The translations under genes were made by a program, and so were the position numbers. Source: Acidobacteriota bacterium (GTDB taxonomy: Bacteria > Acidobacteriota > Vicinamibacteria > Vicinamibacterales > 2-12-FULL-66-21). From it: 64,000 bases of DNA. Shown in pieces: positions 34,458 to 50,282 of this stretch; the first letter of the stretch is position 1; the number at the start of each line of letters is the position of its first letter. The notes beneath the pieces are model-generated. The model was not told the DNA's origin, searched no databases, and saw nothing but the letters and a program-made list of their open reading frames with translations. The stretch spans positions 389 through 64,388 of the forward strand of contig JBKPLP010000168.1 of the NCBI GenBank assembly GCA_046731735.1, written 5' to 3'.

Positions 34458-34556
34458 TCCATGGATCCCTAATCCTGGAATCCCTAATCCTGGAATCCCT
34501 AATCCACGAATCCCTGAAGCCGCGAATCGTTGAATCCATGAATCGCTTCAATCCTT
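34439..34556. repeat. Array R8: GAATCCC/TAATCCC/TAATCCT units, partly as the 15-mer GGAATCCCTAATCCT x3
   Basis: Read directly. It supplies the last codons (N)RIPNP and the TAA stop of the DPP4 gene. Confidence 0.9.
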
Positions 34557-34557
34557 C

Positions 34558-34582
34558 GTAACATCTGCCCCCGTGGGACGTA
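34558..34582 (+). promoter_or_regulatory. Possible ECF-type autoregulated promoter (GTAAC-N16-CGTA)
   Basis: Spacing counted directly, 16 nt upstream of the sigma factor ATG. Motif match is weak. Confidence 0.25.
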
Positions 34583-34597
34583 TCCTCCACAGCCGCG

Positions 34598-35083
34598 ATG
34601 GAGACCGTTGAATTCGGGCAGCTGTACGAGCGGTATGCGCAGGATGTGCTGCGCTTTGCGTTCTATCTCACCGGCAACCACGCGGAAGCGGAAGACATCA
34701 CGTCGGAGACGTTCGTGCGCGCGTGGGTCGAATCCGACGCGATTCGTGTCGGCACCGTCAAGGCGTACCTGTTCATGATCGCCCGCAATCTGCACGTGGA
34801 CTGGCGCCGCCGTGAGTCGAAGCGCGCACCGCTCGAGCAGGATCCGGCCGATCCGGCACCCGGCCCGGAAATCGAGAGCGAGGATCGGAGCGAGCTGCGG
34901 GCGATCGTGGCGGCATTGCAACGGCTGCCGGAGATCGATCGCTCGGCGCTGCTGCTGCGCGCGCAGCACGACATGCCGTACGAGACGATCGCGCAGGTCC
35001 TCGGCGTATCCCCCGGCGCCGTCCGGGTCAAGGTCCATCGCGCACGCATCCGGCTCACCGAGCTGCGAGCGGCAAGGAGATGA
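34598..35083 (+). CDS. ECF-type RNA polymerase sigma-70 family factor
   Basis: Region 2 (DVLRFAFYLTGNHAEAEDITSETFVRAW) and region 4 (LLLRAQHDMPYETIAQVLGVSPGAVRVKVHRAR). Confidence 0.9.
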   Translation: METVEFGQLYERYAQDVLRFAFYLTGNHAEAEDITSETFVRAWVESDAIRVGTVKAYLFMIARNLHVDWRRRESKRAPLEQDPADPAPGPEIESEDRSELRAIVAALQRLPEIDRSALLLRAQHDMPYETIAQVLGVSPGAVRVKVHRARIRLTELRAARR

Positions 35084-35084
35084 G

Positions 35085-35522
35085 ATGAACAACGGAGCAT
35101 CCGCACAGCGCCTGCCGGTGTCGCGCGACGTCATCGCGGACCTGTGGCCGCTTTACGAATCAGGTGACGCGAGCACCGATACGAAGGCGCTCGTTGATCA
35201 ATACCTCGCCGCGGACCCGGAATTCGCTCGCACGATGCGCCTTGAGCCCGGGCTGCAGGCAGCGACCGTGACGATTGCGCCGGACAGTGAGATGGCCGCG
35301 CTCAGGCGAACGCGTGATCTGGTGCGCGGCACTTCCTGGCTCCGCGGGCTGCGACTGGTCGCAACCGTCCTGACCATTTTCGCGTTCGGACGGATCATCG
35401 CCGACACGACGTGGACCGCTTCCCCTCGCGGGTTCATCGCCGATGCGGTCATCGCCACGATCTGCTGGACCGCATACTTCGTCCTGCTCGGCCGCTATCG
35501 ACGGAAGGCGTTTCGCAAATAG
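35085..35522 (+). CDS. Putative anti-sigma factor (ZAS-like N-terminus lacking the Cys/His ligands, two C-terminal TM helices)
   Basis: Immediately follows the sigma gene (2-nt gap). DLWPLYESGDASTDTKALVDQYLAADPEFAR resembles zf-HC2 anti-sigma N-termini. Confidence 0.65.
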   Translation: MNNGASAQRLPVSRDVIADLWPLYESGDASTDTKALVDQYLAADPEFARTMRLEPGLQAATVTIAPDSEMAALRRTRDLVRGTSWLRGLRLVATVLTIFAFGRIIADTTWTASPRGFIADAVIATICWTAYFVLLGRYRRKAFRK

Positions 35523-35523
35523 C

Positions 35524-41503
<5,980 letters not shown>

Positions 41504-42808
41504 TCATCTCGAGGTGGAAGGATCAGGAGCCGGTTTGTGTCCCTTCAGACGCACAGGATCCGCGACCGCGGCCTCGTTCTCCGCCAGCACGCGTTGCGCG
41601 TGCGCCAGGTCGAGCGCGCCGTCCCATCGGGCAATGACCACGGTCGCGACCGCATTTCCAATCAGGTTCGTGATCGCGCGCACTTCCGACATGAATCGGT
41701 CCACGCCGACAAGCAGCGCCAGACCCGCCGGCGGTATCGACGGCACGGCCGCGAGCGTCGCGGCGAGCGTGATAAACCCGCTGCCGGTCACCCCGGCCGC
41801 CCCTTTCGACGTCAGCAGCAGAATCGCGAGAATCGACAACTGCTCGCGCAGCGTCAACGCCACGCCGCTCACCTGCGCGACGAACACCGCCGCCATCGTC
41901 ATGTAAATCGCGGTTCCGTCGAGATTGAACGAATACCCCGTCGGAACGACCAGGCCGACGACCGGCTTGCTGCACCCGAGCTGCTCGAGCTTCATCATGA
42001 GGCGCGGCAGCGCGGATTCAGATGACGACGTGCCGAGCACGATGAGGATCTCCTCCGCAATATAGCGAAGAAAGCGGAAGAGGCGCAGGCCGGCGAGCCG
42101 GAGAATCGAACCGAGAATGACGAGAATGAAGAGGAAGCAGGTGATGTAGACGCCCGCCATCAGCTTGCCGAGTGACAACAGGCTGCCGGCGCCGTAACGG
42201 CCGACCGTGAAGGCCATCGCCCCGAATGCGCCGATCGGCGCCAGCCGCATCACGATGCCGACAATGGTGAAGAGCGTATGCGAGATCTGCTCGATCCAGG
42301 AGACGAGCACGCTCGCACGATCTCCCTGCGCGAGCAGCGCGATGCCGAACAGCAGCGATACGAGCAGGACCTGCAGGATGTCACCGCGCACGAACCCGTC
42401 GAGCATCGTCGTCGGGATCACATTGAGCAGGAAATCGACGGCGGTCGGCGCGGCCCCGGCCGCAGCGGCGGGAGGCGCCGTACCCGGTGCCACGTACAGG
42501 CCGCGTCCTGGCTGCAGGATGTTCACCACCACGAGGCCGATGACGAGCGCCAGCGTCGACACCACCTCGAAGTAGATCAAGGTGCGGATGCCGATCCGGC
42601 CGACGTCCTTCATCGCGCCCATCCGCGCGATGCCGACGGTGATCGTCGCAAAGACGATCGGACCGATCAGCATCTTGATTAGCTTGATGAAGCCGTCGCC
42701 GAGCGGCTTCATGGCGGCCGCGCGCTCCGGTGCCACGATCCCGAAGAGGACGCCGAGAATGATTGCCGCCAGGACCTGGATGTACAGGCTGCGGTGGAGT
42801 CGCGCCAT
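41504..42808 (-). CDS. dctA: Dicarboxylate/amino acid:cation symporter (DAACS; DctA/GltP-like)
   Basis: [10 protein letters not shown] motif and typical DAACS length and topology. Substrate is not determinable from sequence. Confidence 0.85.
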   Translation of the reverse strand: MARLHRSLYIQVLAAIILGVLFGIVAPERAAAMKPLGDGFIKLIKMLIGPIVFATITVGIARMGAMKDVGRIGIRTLIYFEVVSTLALVIGLVVVNILQPGRGLYVAPGTAPPAAAAGAAPTAVDFLLNVIPTTMLDGFVRGDILQVLLVSLLFGIALLAQGDRASVLVSWIEQISHTLFTIVGIVMRLAPIGAFGAMAFTVGRYGAGSLLSLGKLMAGVYITCFLFILVILGSILRLAGLRLFRFLRYIAEEILIVLGTSSSESALPRLMMKLEQLGCSKPVVGLVVPTGYSFNLDGTAIYMTMAAVFVAQVSGVALTLREQLSILAILLLTSKGAAGVTGSGFITLAATLAAVPSIPPAGLALLVGVDRFMSEVRAITNLIGNAVATVVIARWDGALDLAHAQRVLAENEAAVADPVRLKGHKPAPDPSTSR

Positions 42809-42840
42809 TCAGAGCCGGACTATAGCATCGCGTCGACTAC

Positions 42841-43710
42841 TCATGGACGAGTCACGACGTAGATGCCCGCCAGCACGACAATGCCGCCGATCACCTGCGC
42901 CGAGGACAACGGCTCCCCGAGGAAGATGGCCGCCAGCACTGCGGAGAGCGGCACCTGCGCCAGGATCGAAACGGACGTGACCGTCGCGCGAAGATGTCCA
43001 AGTGCGTACACGAGGGCGAAGTAGGCGGCCAGCTGCGAGATGAATCCGAGCGCGAGCAGGGCGCCCCACGATCGCGCGGAATAGCCCCACAGCGGCACGC
43101 CCATGACGACACACGCCACGAGCAGCGTCACCACGCTGCCGCTCACGGCAATCGTGTTGAAGGTCAGCGTGTCCATGTCGGCACGCACGTGTTCCGTCGT
43201 GAGCATGTACGCGGCCCAGAAAACGGCCGCGCTCAGCGCGAGGAGGTCGCCGGAGGTACTGCCGCGCGCAACGCCGCCTCCTTTCGCCGCATCCGAGAAC
43301 ACGATGAACGCACATCCACCAAGCGCCAGCGCCAGGCCGATCCAGAAGGACGCGCGCGGGGGGCGGCGCAGGAACAGCCACGTGCCCAGGCCGACGAAGA
43401 TTGGAGCGTTGTTGCCCAGCAGCACCGCGGTCGCCGCCGACGTGCGCAGCACCGCGCTGTTGAACAGCGCGAGGTCGGCGGCGAAGAATGCGCCGCCGGC
43501 GAGCGCGAGCCGGGCGGCCGGCGCGGTCACGGGACGCGGGCGCCGGTGGCTGAGGCGCCATGGGATCAGGACCAGCGCCGCGATCGACACGCGATAAAAC
43601 GCGGCTGACAGCGCGGACACTCCCGCCCAGCGGACGAACACCGGGGACCACGCCATCCCGACGATCGCCGCGGCGAGCGCCGCGTATGCCAGCCACCGAC
43701 GATCCGCCAC
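42841..43710 (-). CDS. DMT superfamily (EamA-like) transporter
   Basis: 289 aa, 10 TM, duplicated EamA pattern; GTG start. Confidence 0.8.
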   Translation of the reverse strand: MADRRWLAYAALAAAIVGMAWSPVFVRWAGVSALSAAFYRVSIAALVLIPWRLSHRRPRPVTAPAARLALAGGAFFAADLALFNSAVLRTSAATAVLLGNNAPIFVGLGTWLFLRRPPRASFWIGLALALGGCAFIVFSDAAKGGGVARGSTSGDLLALSAAVFWAAYMLTTEHVRADMDTLTFNTIAVSGSVVTLLVACVVMGVPLWGYSARSWGALLALGFISQLAAYFALVYALGHLRATVTSVSILAQVPLSAVLAAIFLGEPLSSAQVIGGIVVLAGIYVVTRP

Positions 43711-43713
43711 GGG

Positions 43714-44319
43714 CTAGCGGCGCTCGTATTTCCAGTTGCGCGATTTGCCTTCGGCGAGCCACTCGATGGTCGTCGCAATCCGCTTGTCGCGGGTCGCGTC
43801 GGTCTTCGCTTCGGTGATCCACTCGAGGTACTCGCGGCGGTGGCTCGGGCTGAACCCCTCGTAGTTCGCCTTTGCCCGGCTGTTGGCGCCGAGCGCCTTG
43901 AGGAAGACAGCGGGCGCCTTCGGGACCGGCTTCGGCGGTTTCCTGTCGCGGACGACCTTTATGCCTTCGTCGTTCAAGCGTGCGGCCTGCCGGACGAGGG
44001 CGACCAGATCTTTTTCAGGCGGTAGATCGTCCACCGACGTGATCCGCCCGAACTGGCCCATCGCATCCTTCGTCTTCGCCGGGACTCCGGGGCCTTCGAG
44101 CAGCGACGCCTTCCAGAATCCGAACGTGCAGTGCTCCTTGAACGCGGCCATCGCGCAGAGCATTCCCTTGTAATCAAAATGCGGGAAGCTCCATTTCATC
44201 GTCTCTTCGATATCCGGGCACCCCTTGTGCACCGCCTGGCGGATGAACTTGAGAATGGGTTTCGCAAACGGGGCGGCTTTGCCGATGTAGGCATCGACAC
44301 GAGGATCTCTGCTGCTCAT
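43714..44319 (-). CDS. DUF1801 / YdeI-like domain protein (201 aa)
   Basis: MSSRDPRVDAYIGKAAPFAKPIL.. N-domain and a C-terminal YdeI-like segment (FSPSHRREYLEWITEAKTDATRDKRI). ATG 44319 chosen; the upstream part of the 348-aa ORF is junk. Confidence 0.75.
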   Translation of the reverse strand: MSSRDPRVDAYIGKAAPFAKPILKFIRQAVHKGCPDIEETMKWSFPHFDYKGMLCAMAAFKEHCTFGFWKASLLEGPGVPAKTKDAMGQFGRITSVDDLPPEKDLVALVRQAARLNDEGIKVVRDRKPPKPVPKAPAVFLKALGANSRAKANYEGFSPSHRREYLEWITEAKTDATRDKRIATTIEWLAEGKSRNWKYERR

Positions 44320-44402
44320 ACTTGAGTCCCAGCCTCTGTTAACACCCGAAATGGTATGTCGTATCCGGATTGCAGTCGAGCCGCAAGGGATAATGGTCCG
44401 GC

Positions 44403-47075
44403 ATGACCGACGCCCCGCGCGATCCCCATGAACGGCTTCGAGACGACGTACGGTTGCTGGGCGGCCTGCTCGGCGAAACGCTGCGCCTGCGCGAAGGCGC
44501 TGCGCTCTACGAAACAGTGGAACGCGTCCGAGCGCTGTCGAAGAGCGGCCGCGCCGGCAGCGACCGCGATCTCGATGCGCTTGCCGATCTCCTGCGGACG
44601 CTGCCGGTCGAATCGGCGGTACCGGTGGCCCGCGCCTTTTCGCACTTCCTGACGCTGGCGAACATCGCCGAGCAGCATCACCGGGTCCGGCGGCGGCGCC
44701 AGTACCTGCGCGATCCGCACGCGGCGCCCCAGCGCGGGTCCTGCGACGAAACGTTCGCACGTCTCACGTCCCACGGCGTCACCGCCGATGCGTTGCATGC
44801 GGCGACGACGTCGATGCGTGTCGAGCTGGTGCTGACGGCGCATCCGACGGCGATCACACGGCGGACGCTGATCCAGAAGCACCTTCGCATTGCCGACGCG
44901 CTCTCGCGGCAGGATCGCGACGATCTCACCGTGCCGGAACGGCAGGAGATCGTCGAGACGCTTCGGCGAGAGGTGATGGCCTCGTGGGAAACGGACGAAA
45001 TCCGCGCGCGCCGGCCGACGCCCGTCGACGAAGCGATTGCCGGGCTGCTGATTTTCGAGCAGACGCTCTGGGACGCGGTGCCGAGGTTCTTGCGCTCGCT
45101 CGATGCCTCGCTGAAGCGCGCCACCGGCCGCCCGCTCCCGCTGGACGCGGCACCGCTGCGCTTCGGCTCGTGGATGGGGGGCGATCGCGATGGCAATCCC
45201 ACGGTAACCCCCCGGGTGACGCACCTCGCGTGCGGCGTGGCCCGGTGGATGGCTGCCGACCTGTACGAGCGGGAGATTGCCGCGCTGCGCGCGGAACTGT
45301 CGATGACGCCGGCGACGAAGGAACTCCAGACGCGCGCAAACGGCGCGCGCGAGCCCTACCGCGCGGTGTTGCGGGAGGTTCGGGATCGGCTGCGCGCGAC
45401 CCGCGATCATTTCGGCGGCGAGCTGGCGCGCGCCGAACTGCTCAAGGGAGACGCGACGCCGGGAAAGGCCGCGCCCTACTTATCGGTCGCGGATCTCCGT
45501 GAACCGCTGCAGCTCTGTTACCGATCCCTCGTCGAGACCGGTCAGCAGGTGATCGCCGACGGCCGCCTGACCGACCTCCTGCGGCGCACCGCCGCGTTCG
45601 GGCTCACGCTCGTGCGGCTCGATCTCCGGCAGCACGCGGCGCGGCACGCGGCGGCGCTCGATGCCATCACGCGCCATCGCGGCGACGGTTCGTACCTCGA
45701 ATGGGATGAAGCGAAGCGGCAGGCGTACCTCACGGCCGCTCTGCGCGGCTCGACGCCGCTCGTCCCCGACGATCTCGTAGCGGATGACGAGGTGCGGGAC
45801 GTCGTGGCGACCTTCAGACTCGCAGGCCTGCTCGATCCGGAGTCGCTCGGCGCCTACGTGATCTCGATGGCACAGGCCCCCTCCGACGTGCTCGCCGTCG
45901 AAGCATTCCAGGCTCATTCGAAGCACCGGCTCCGCGTGGTGCCGCTCTTCGAACGGGTCGACGATCTCCAAGCCGCAGCCGGGACGCTGCGCGAGCTCCT
46001 CGCGATTCCGGAATATCGCCGGCGGATTGGCACCGAACAGGAGGTGATGATCGGGTATTCCGACTCCGCCAAGGATGGCGGCCGATTGGCGGCGAACTGG
46101 GCGTTGTACCTCGCCCAGGAATCCATCGTCGACGTGTGCCGTGAGGCGAACGTCCAGCTGACGCTGTTCCACGGCCGCGGCGGCAGCATCAGCCGCGGCG
46201 GCGGCCCGACCTATCTCGCGATCCAGTCCCAGCCCCCCGGGTCGGTGAACGGGCGCCTTCGGGCGACCGAACAGGGAGAAATGATCCAGGCACAGTTCGG
46301 CCTGCCGGAGATCGCAACCCGCACGCTGGAGCTCTACACCACCGCCACGCTCGCCGCGACGCTCGAAGTGGCCCCTCAGCCGGATCCGCGCTGGCGGCCC
46401 GTGATGGATCGCCTCGCGGAGGCCGCGCGCGGCGTGTACCGCGAGGTCGTCTACGACAACCCGCGGTTCGTCGAGTATTTCCGCAAGGCGACGCCGGAGG
46501 TCGAGCTGGGTGTCGTGCCGATCGGAAGCCGTCCGGTGCGCCGCACCGAGGACGGCGGGGTCGATTCGCTGCGCGCGATCCCCTGGGTGTTCGCGTGGAC
46601 GCAGACGCGGCTCCTCCTGCCGTCATGGCTGGGAACCGGCGAAGCGCTGGCGGCGGCGCTCGAGCGTGGCGAGCTGGACGTGCTGAGGAAGATGTACGAG
46701 CAGTGGCCGTTCTTCCGCTCGACGCTGGACTTGATCGCGATGGTGCTCGCGGAATCGGACGCGCGGATTGCCGCCGAATACGACCGTCGCCTCGTCCCTC
46801 CGGATCTGCAGCCGGTCGGCACCGACCTGCGCCGCCGCCTCGATGCGACGATTCAATCGGTGCTGACGACGACGGGCAAAGAACGGCTGCTGACGGAGAA
46901 CGTCGTGCTCAGGCGGTCAATCGAGGTGCGCAACCCGTACGTCTATCCGATCAACCTCGTGCAGATCGAGCTGCTGCGCCGGCTCCGCGAAGAGGGGCAC
47001 GACGATCCGCAAATCACCAACGCGTTCCAGGTGACCGTCAACGGCATCGCTGCGGGGATGCGGAATACTGGTTGA
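44403..47075 (+). CDS. ppc: Phosphoenolpyruvate carboxylase
   Basis: TAHPT, VMIGYSDSAKDGG, FHGRGGSISRGGGP and the C-terminal GMRNTG signature. Confidence 0.95.
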   Translation: MTDAPRDPHERLRDDVRLLGGLLGETLRLREGAALYETVERVRALSKSGRAGSDRDLDALADLLRTLPVESAVPVARAFSHFLTLANIAEQHHRVRRRRQYLRDPHAAPQRGSCDETFARLTSHGVTADALHAATTSMRVELVLTAHPTAITRRTLIQKHLRIADALSRQDRDDLTVPERQEIVETLRREVMASWETDEIRARRPTPVDEAIAGLLIFEQTLWDAVPRFLRSLDASLKRATGRPLPLDAAPLRFGSWMGGDRDGNPTVTPRVTHLACGVARWMAADLYEREIAALRAELSMTPATKELQTRANGAREPYRAVLREVRDRLRATRDHFGGELARAELLKGDATPGKAAPYLSVADLREPLQLCYRSLVETGQQVIADGRLTDLLRRTAAFGLTLVRLDLRQHAARHAAALDAITRHRGDGSYLEWDEAKRQAYLTAALRGSTPLVPDDLVADDEVRDVVATFRLAGLLDPESLGAYVISMAQAPSDVLAVEAFQAHSKHRLRVVPLFERVDDLQAAAGTLRELLAIPEYRRRIGTEQEVMIGYSDSAKDGGRLAANWALYLAQESIVDVCREANVQLTLFHGRGGSISRGGGPTYLAIQSQPPGSVNGRLRATEQGEMIQAQFGLPEIATRTLELYTTATLAATLEVAPQPDPRWRPVMDRLAEAARGVYREVVYDNPRFVEYFRKATPEVELGVVPIGSRPVRRTEDGGVDSLRAIPWVFAWTQTRLLLPSWLGTGEALAAALERGELDVLRKMYEQWPFFRSTLDLIAMVLAESDARIAAEYDRRLVPPDLQPVGTDLRRRLDATIQSVLTTTGKERLLTENVVLRRSIEVRNPYVYPINLVQIELLRRLREEGHDDPQITNAFQVTVNGIAAGMRNTG

Positions 47076-47079
47076 AATG

Positions 47080-47152
47080 TGCCGGGATGCGCGATGCGGG
47101 ATGCGGGATCCGATCGGATCCCGGATCCCGGATCCCGGATCCCGGATCCCGA
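47080..47152. repeat. Palindromic heptamer element R9: (GATGCGG/GATGCGC) arm - GGATCCGATCGGATCC core (47106-47121) - (GGATCCC)x5 arm (47116-47150)
   Basis: Read directly in the convergent gap between ppc(+) and the HhH gene(-). Same element as 13462-13524, in opposite orientation. Confidence 0.9.
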
Positions 47153-47157
47153 TTCTC

Positions 47158-47799
47158 CTATCCAATCGCCAGATACCGCTTCAGCCTCGCCACTTCCTTG
47201 GCGTCGACGTACTTCCCGATCTCCTTGTCGAACTGCTCCCAGGACTTCCACGGGCGGTATTCCTTGAACTCCCCTACCATGCGCGGGCCGACGCCGGGGA
47301 TCGTCAGGAAATCCGCGTCGGTCGCGGTGTTCAGGTTGATCGGGATGAAGCAGTACTGCGCGAGCTTCGCGGTCGCGTCGGCGCCGACGTACTTGCCGAT
47401 CTCTTTGTCGAACTGCGCCCACGTCTTCCACGGCCGGTATTCGGCGAACTCGCGCGTCATCCGCTGGCCGGCGCCCGGCACGAGCAGGATCTCGTCGCGC
47501 GTGGCGGTGTTGAGGTTGATGTGGACGAACGCCTTCTGGTAGAAGTCCATCGCCTCTTCCTGCTTCAGTCCCTGGCCGATCAGAAACGTGTTCAGCTCGG
47601 TGATGTTCTTGAACGGCCGGACCCCCACGAGCGCCTTGGCGATGGCCGGCGTCATGTGCGGCATCTTCGCGAGGTCCGCTTCCGCAGCCGTGTTCGCGTC
47701 GACGACGCCCTGCGATTTGCCGACCTGGGCGTGTACGGCCGGCGAGGCGACGACCAGCGCGAGCAGCGCCGCGAACACCCGGAGTTTTCGAGCAGTCAT
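47158..47799 (-). CDS. Secreted helix-hairpin-helix (ComEA-like) repeat protein, 213 aa
   Basis: Signal peptide and three HhH-like units (DANTAAEADLAKMP.., INLNTATRDEILLVPGAG.., INLNTATDADFLTIPGVG..). AAGGAGA lies 6 nt upstream of ATG 47799. Confidence 0.8.
   Translation of the reverse strand: MTARKLRVFAALLALVVASPAVHAQVGKSQGVVDANTAAEADLAKMPHMTPAIAKALVGVRPFKNITELNTFLIGQGLKQEEAMDFYQKAFVHINLNTATRDEILLVPGAGQRMTREFAEYRPWKTWAQFDKEIGKYVGADATAKLAQYCFIPINLNTATDADFLTIPGVGPRMVGEFKEYRPWKSWEQFDKEIGKYVDAKEVARLKRYLAIG
47161..47520. repeat. Tandem 180-nt (60-aa) duplication inside the HhH gene
   Basis: INLNTAT..EYRPWK(T/S)W(A/E)QFDKEIGKYV.. occurs twice. The GGTGTTSAGGTTGAT landmarks at 47326-47340 and 47506-47520 give a 180-nt period. 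Confidence 0.8.
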
Positions 47800-47812
47800 G
47801 TTGTCTCCTTGA

Positions 47813-48280
47813 CTATGTGTAGGGCGGCCCTTGACGGGCCGCCGAGATCGTCGGATAGCGATAGCAATACGCCAATCCAATCAGTCCAAGCTGCGCCATC
47901 GATCCCGGTGCGAGCGCGGGCGGCGCCTTCGCCGCCACGGCCTTCCAGAACAGCGGCATCCCGGACAGCGAGCGGTCCATCTCGAGCTGGAATTCGACAT
48001 TCGCCTGATAGTGCAGGACCATCCCAATCAGCCCCGCTGCGATGAACAACACCATGGTGATCTGCACCGTCATCAGGCTCGCGGCGCCGGGCCGGGCCGC
48101 GTGCCAGGCGAGCACGGGCAGCCCGAGCCCGAGCAGCACGAGCGGAATGAGCTGGGTTCCCTCCTCGACATGCTTCAGCAGCAGCAGCTCGATCGTCGTC
48201 CCCACCATTCCAATCAGCAGGATCGCGAGGAGCACGCGGCGGATCACGACCAGCGGTGCCGGCTCCGGTGCCTCGGCCAC
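47813..48280 (-). CDS. Small membrane protein (four TM helices), unknown function
   Basis: 155-aa hydrophobic ORF, 13 nt upstream of the HhH gene on the same strand. Confidence 0.6.
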   Translation of the reverse strand: MAEAPEPAPLVVIRRVLLAILLIGMVGTTIELLLLKHVEEGTQLIPLVLLGLGLPVLAWHAARPGAASLMTVQITMVLFIAAGLIGMVLHYQANVEFQLEMDRSLSGMPLFWKAVAAKAPPALAPGSMAQLGLIGLAYCYRYPTISAARQGPPYT

Positions 48281-48372
48281 CTCTCAACTACACCACAGCC
48301 GCGCTGTCGGCACTGAGATTTTTTCGTGAAAGTGCCGGTGACGCGGCTTTTCGCGTCGCTACAGTGGCCCGG

Positions 48373-49425
48373 TTACTCGACGAACACCTGCACCTTGCGC
48401 GGCGTGAGGTACACGCGATCGCCGGGCTGCACGCCGAGCTTTTCGAACTTTTCGCGGGGCATCTCGGCGTGGATCAAACCGCCATGCGCGCCGGCGAGCT
48501 CGAGCCGGACGGTCGCGCCGAGGCGCGTGACTTCCTCGAGCACGCCCCAGAGTCCTGACCCGGTGTCGGTACGCGACACGTCGAACTCGTGCGGGCGGGT
48601 ATAGGCCGAGGCCGTACGCGGTTCAGCGCCAGGATGCACGGGATATTCGACCGCGAGCGGCCCGAAGAAGCCGCGGCCGCCCTCCACCCGACCCTGGAAG
48701 ATGTTGACGGTGCCGAGAAAGCTGATGACGAACGGCGTGGCGGGATGATCGAGGACCTGCTCGGGCGTTCCCTCCTGCTCGATCGCTCCGCGATTCATGA
48801 TCGCCACGCGATCGGACACTTCGAGCGCTTCCTCCTGGTCGTGCGTCACGAAGACGCTGGTGAGATGGATGTCGTCGTGCAGCCGCCGCAGCCAGCGGCG
48901 GAGCTCCTGCCGCACGCGCGCGTCGAGCGCGCCGAACGGCTCATCGAGCAGGAGCACTTTCGGTTCCACCGCGAGCGCCCGCGCCAGGGCGATGCGCTGG
49001 CGTTGCCCGCCCGACAGCTCGGACGGACGCCGGTCGGCGAGGAAATCGAGCTGCACGAGCTCGAGCAGGTCGTGCACGCGGCGCCGGATATCCGATTCAG
49101 ACGGACGGAACTGCCGCGGGCGCACGCGGAGGCCGAACGCCACGTTCTCGAACACCGACATGTGACGGAAGAGCGCGTAGTGCTGGAAGACGAATCCGAC
49201 GCGGCGCTCGCGTGCGTTGCGCGAAGTCGCGTCTTCCCCCTCGAGCAGCACCGTCCCGGCATCCGCCTCTTCGAGTCCGGCAATGATGCGCAGCAGCGTC
49301 GTCTTGCCGCAACCCGATGGCCCGAGCAGCGCGACGAGCTCGCCCGATGCGACCTTGAGGTTCACGTCGTTCACCGCCACGAACCGGCCGAAGCGCTTCG
49401 TCAGGCCGCGGATTTCGATTGCCAT
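48373..49425 (-). CDS. cysA: Sulfate/thiosulfate ABC transporter ATP-binding protein
   Basis: Walker [10 protein letters not shown], signature LSGGQRQR, Walker B LLLDEPF, C-terminal TOBE-like region. ATG 49425 overlaps the cysW end by 25 nt. Confidence 0.9.
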   Translation of the reverse strand: MAIEIRGLTKRFGRFVAVNDVNLKVASGELVALLGPSGCGKTTLLRIIAGLEEADAGTVLLEGEDATSRNARERRVGFVFQHYALFRHMSVFENVAFGLRVRPRQFRPSESDIRRRVHDLLELVQLDFLADRRPSELSGGQRQRIALARALAVEPKVLLLDEPFGALDARVRQELRRWLRRLHDDIHLTSVFVTHDQEEALEVSDRVAIMNRGAIEQEGTPEQVLDHPATPFVISFLGTVNIFQGRVEGGRGFFGPLAVEYPVHPGAEPRTASAYTRPHEFDVSRTDTGSGLWGVLEEVTRLGATVRLELAGAHGGLIHAEMPREKFEKLGVQPGDRVYLTPRKVQVFVE

Positions 49426-50282
49426 GGTTCGTCGTGTTCGGAAACAGCCGTCCGCGCGCGGACTCGCCGCTCGAGCGCGGCCTTCACGATCAAGGTGACG
49501 ATCGCCAGGCAGCCGAGCAGCGAGGCGACCGCGAACGCTGCCTGCGCGTTGTATTCGTTGTAGAGAATCTCCACGTGCAGCGGCAGCGTATTCGTCACGC
49601 CTCGGATGTGTCCCGAGACGACCGATACCGCACCGAACTCTCCCATGGCGCGCGCGTTCGCGAGAATGACGCCATACAGCAGTCCCCACTTGATGTTCGG
49701 CAGCGTGACGCGGAGAAACATCTGAAGTCCGCCCGCCCCGAGGACGCGCGCGGCCTCCTCCTCTTCCGTCCCCGTCGCTTCCATGATTGGAATGATCTCG
49801 CGCGCGACGAACGGGAACGATACGAAAATCGTCGCCAGGATGATCCCCGGGACGGCGAAGACCACCTTCATACCATGATCGATCATCCAGCCGCCGAGCC
49901 AGCCGCGCCGGCCGAAGAGCAACACGAACACCAAGCCGGAGATTACCGGCGAGACGGCAAACGGCAGATCGATCAGCGTCGTCAAGAGATGACGGCCGGG
50001 AAACTGGAACTTGCCGATGGCCCAGCCGGCGGCGACGCCGAAGACGACATTCAGCGGCACGGCAACCGCCGCGGCCAGCAGCGTCAGCCGGAGCGCCGCC
50101 AGCGCATCCGGCTCGACGATCGCCACGCGGTACGCTTCCCATCCCTTCGCGAATGCTTCCCCGAACACGGCGATCAGCGGGACGACGAGAAAGAGCGCAA
50201 TGAACAGGAATGCGATCGCCGTGATGGTCCACCGGACCACCGCCGGCTCCGTCAGGTGTCCTTTCTTGAGCGGCCCGCTCAT
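49401..50282 (-). CDS. cysW: Sulfate ABC transporter permease
   Basis: Six-TM ABC permease with an EAA-like loop ([16 protein letters not shown]). ATG 50282 overlaps the cysT stop (ATGA). Confidence 0.85.
   Translation of the reverse strand: MSGPLKKGHLTEPAVVRWTITAIAFLFIALFLVVPLIAVFGEAFAKGWEAYRVAIVEPDALAALRLTLLAAAVAVPLNVVFGVAAGWAIGKFQFPGRHLLTTLIDLPFAVSPVISGLVFVLLFGRRGWLGGWMIDHGMKVVFAVPGIILATIFVSFPFVAREIIPIMEATGTEEEEAARVLGAGGLQMFLRVTLPNIKWGLLYGVILANARAMGEFGAVSVVSGHIRGVTNTLPLHVEILYNEYNAQAAFAVASLLGCLAIVTLIVKAALERRVRARTAVSEHDEPWQSKSAA

Noticed and set aside
34439-34520. CCCTAAT/ATTAGGG repeats considered as telomere-like sequence (one base from the plant TTTAGGG unit).
   Set aside because: The arrays are short and internal. 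They are flanked on both sides by ordinary genes and are interspersed with other unit types. Nothing indicates a linear replicon end.
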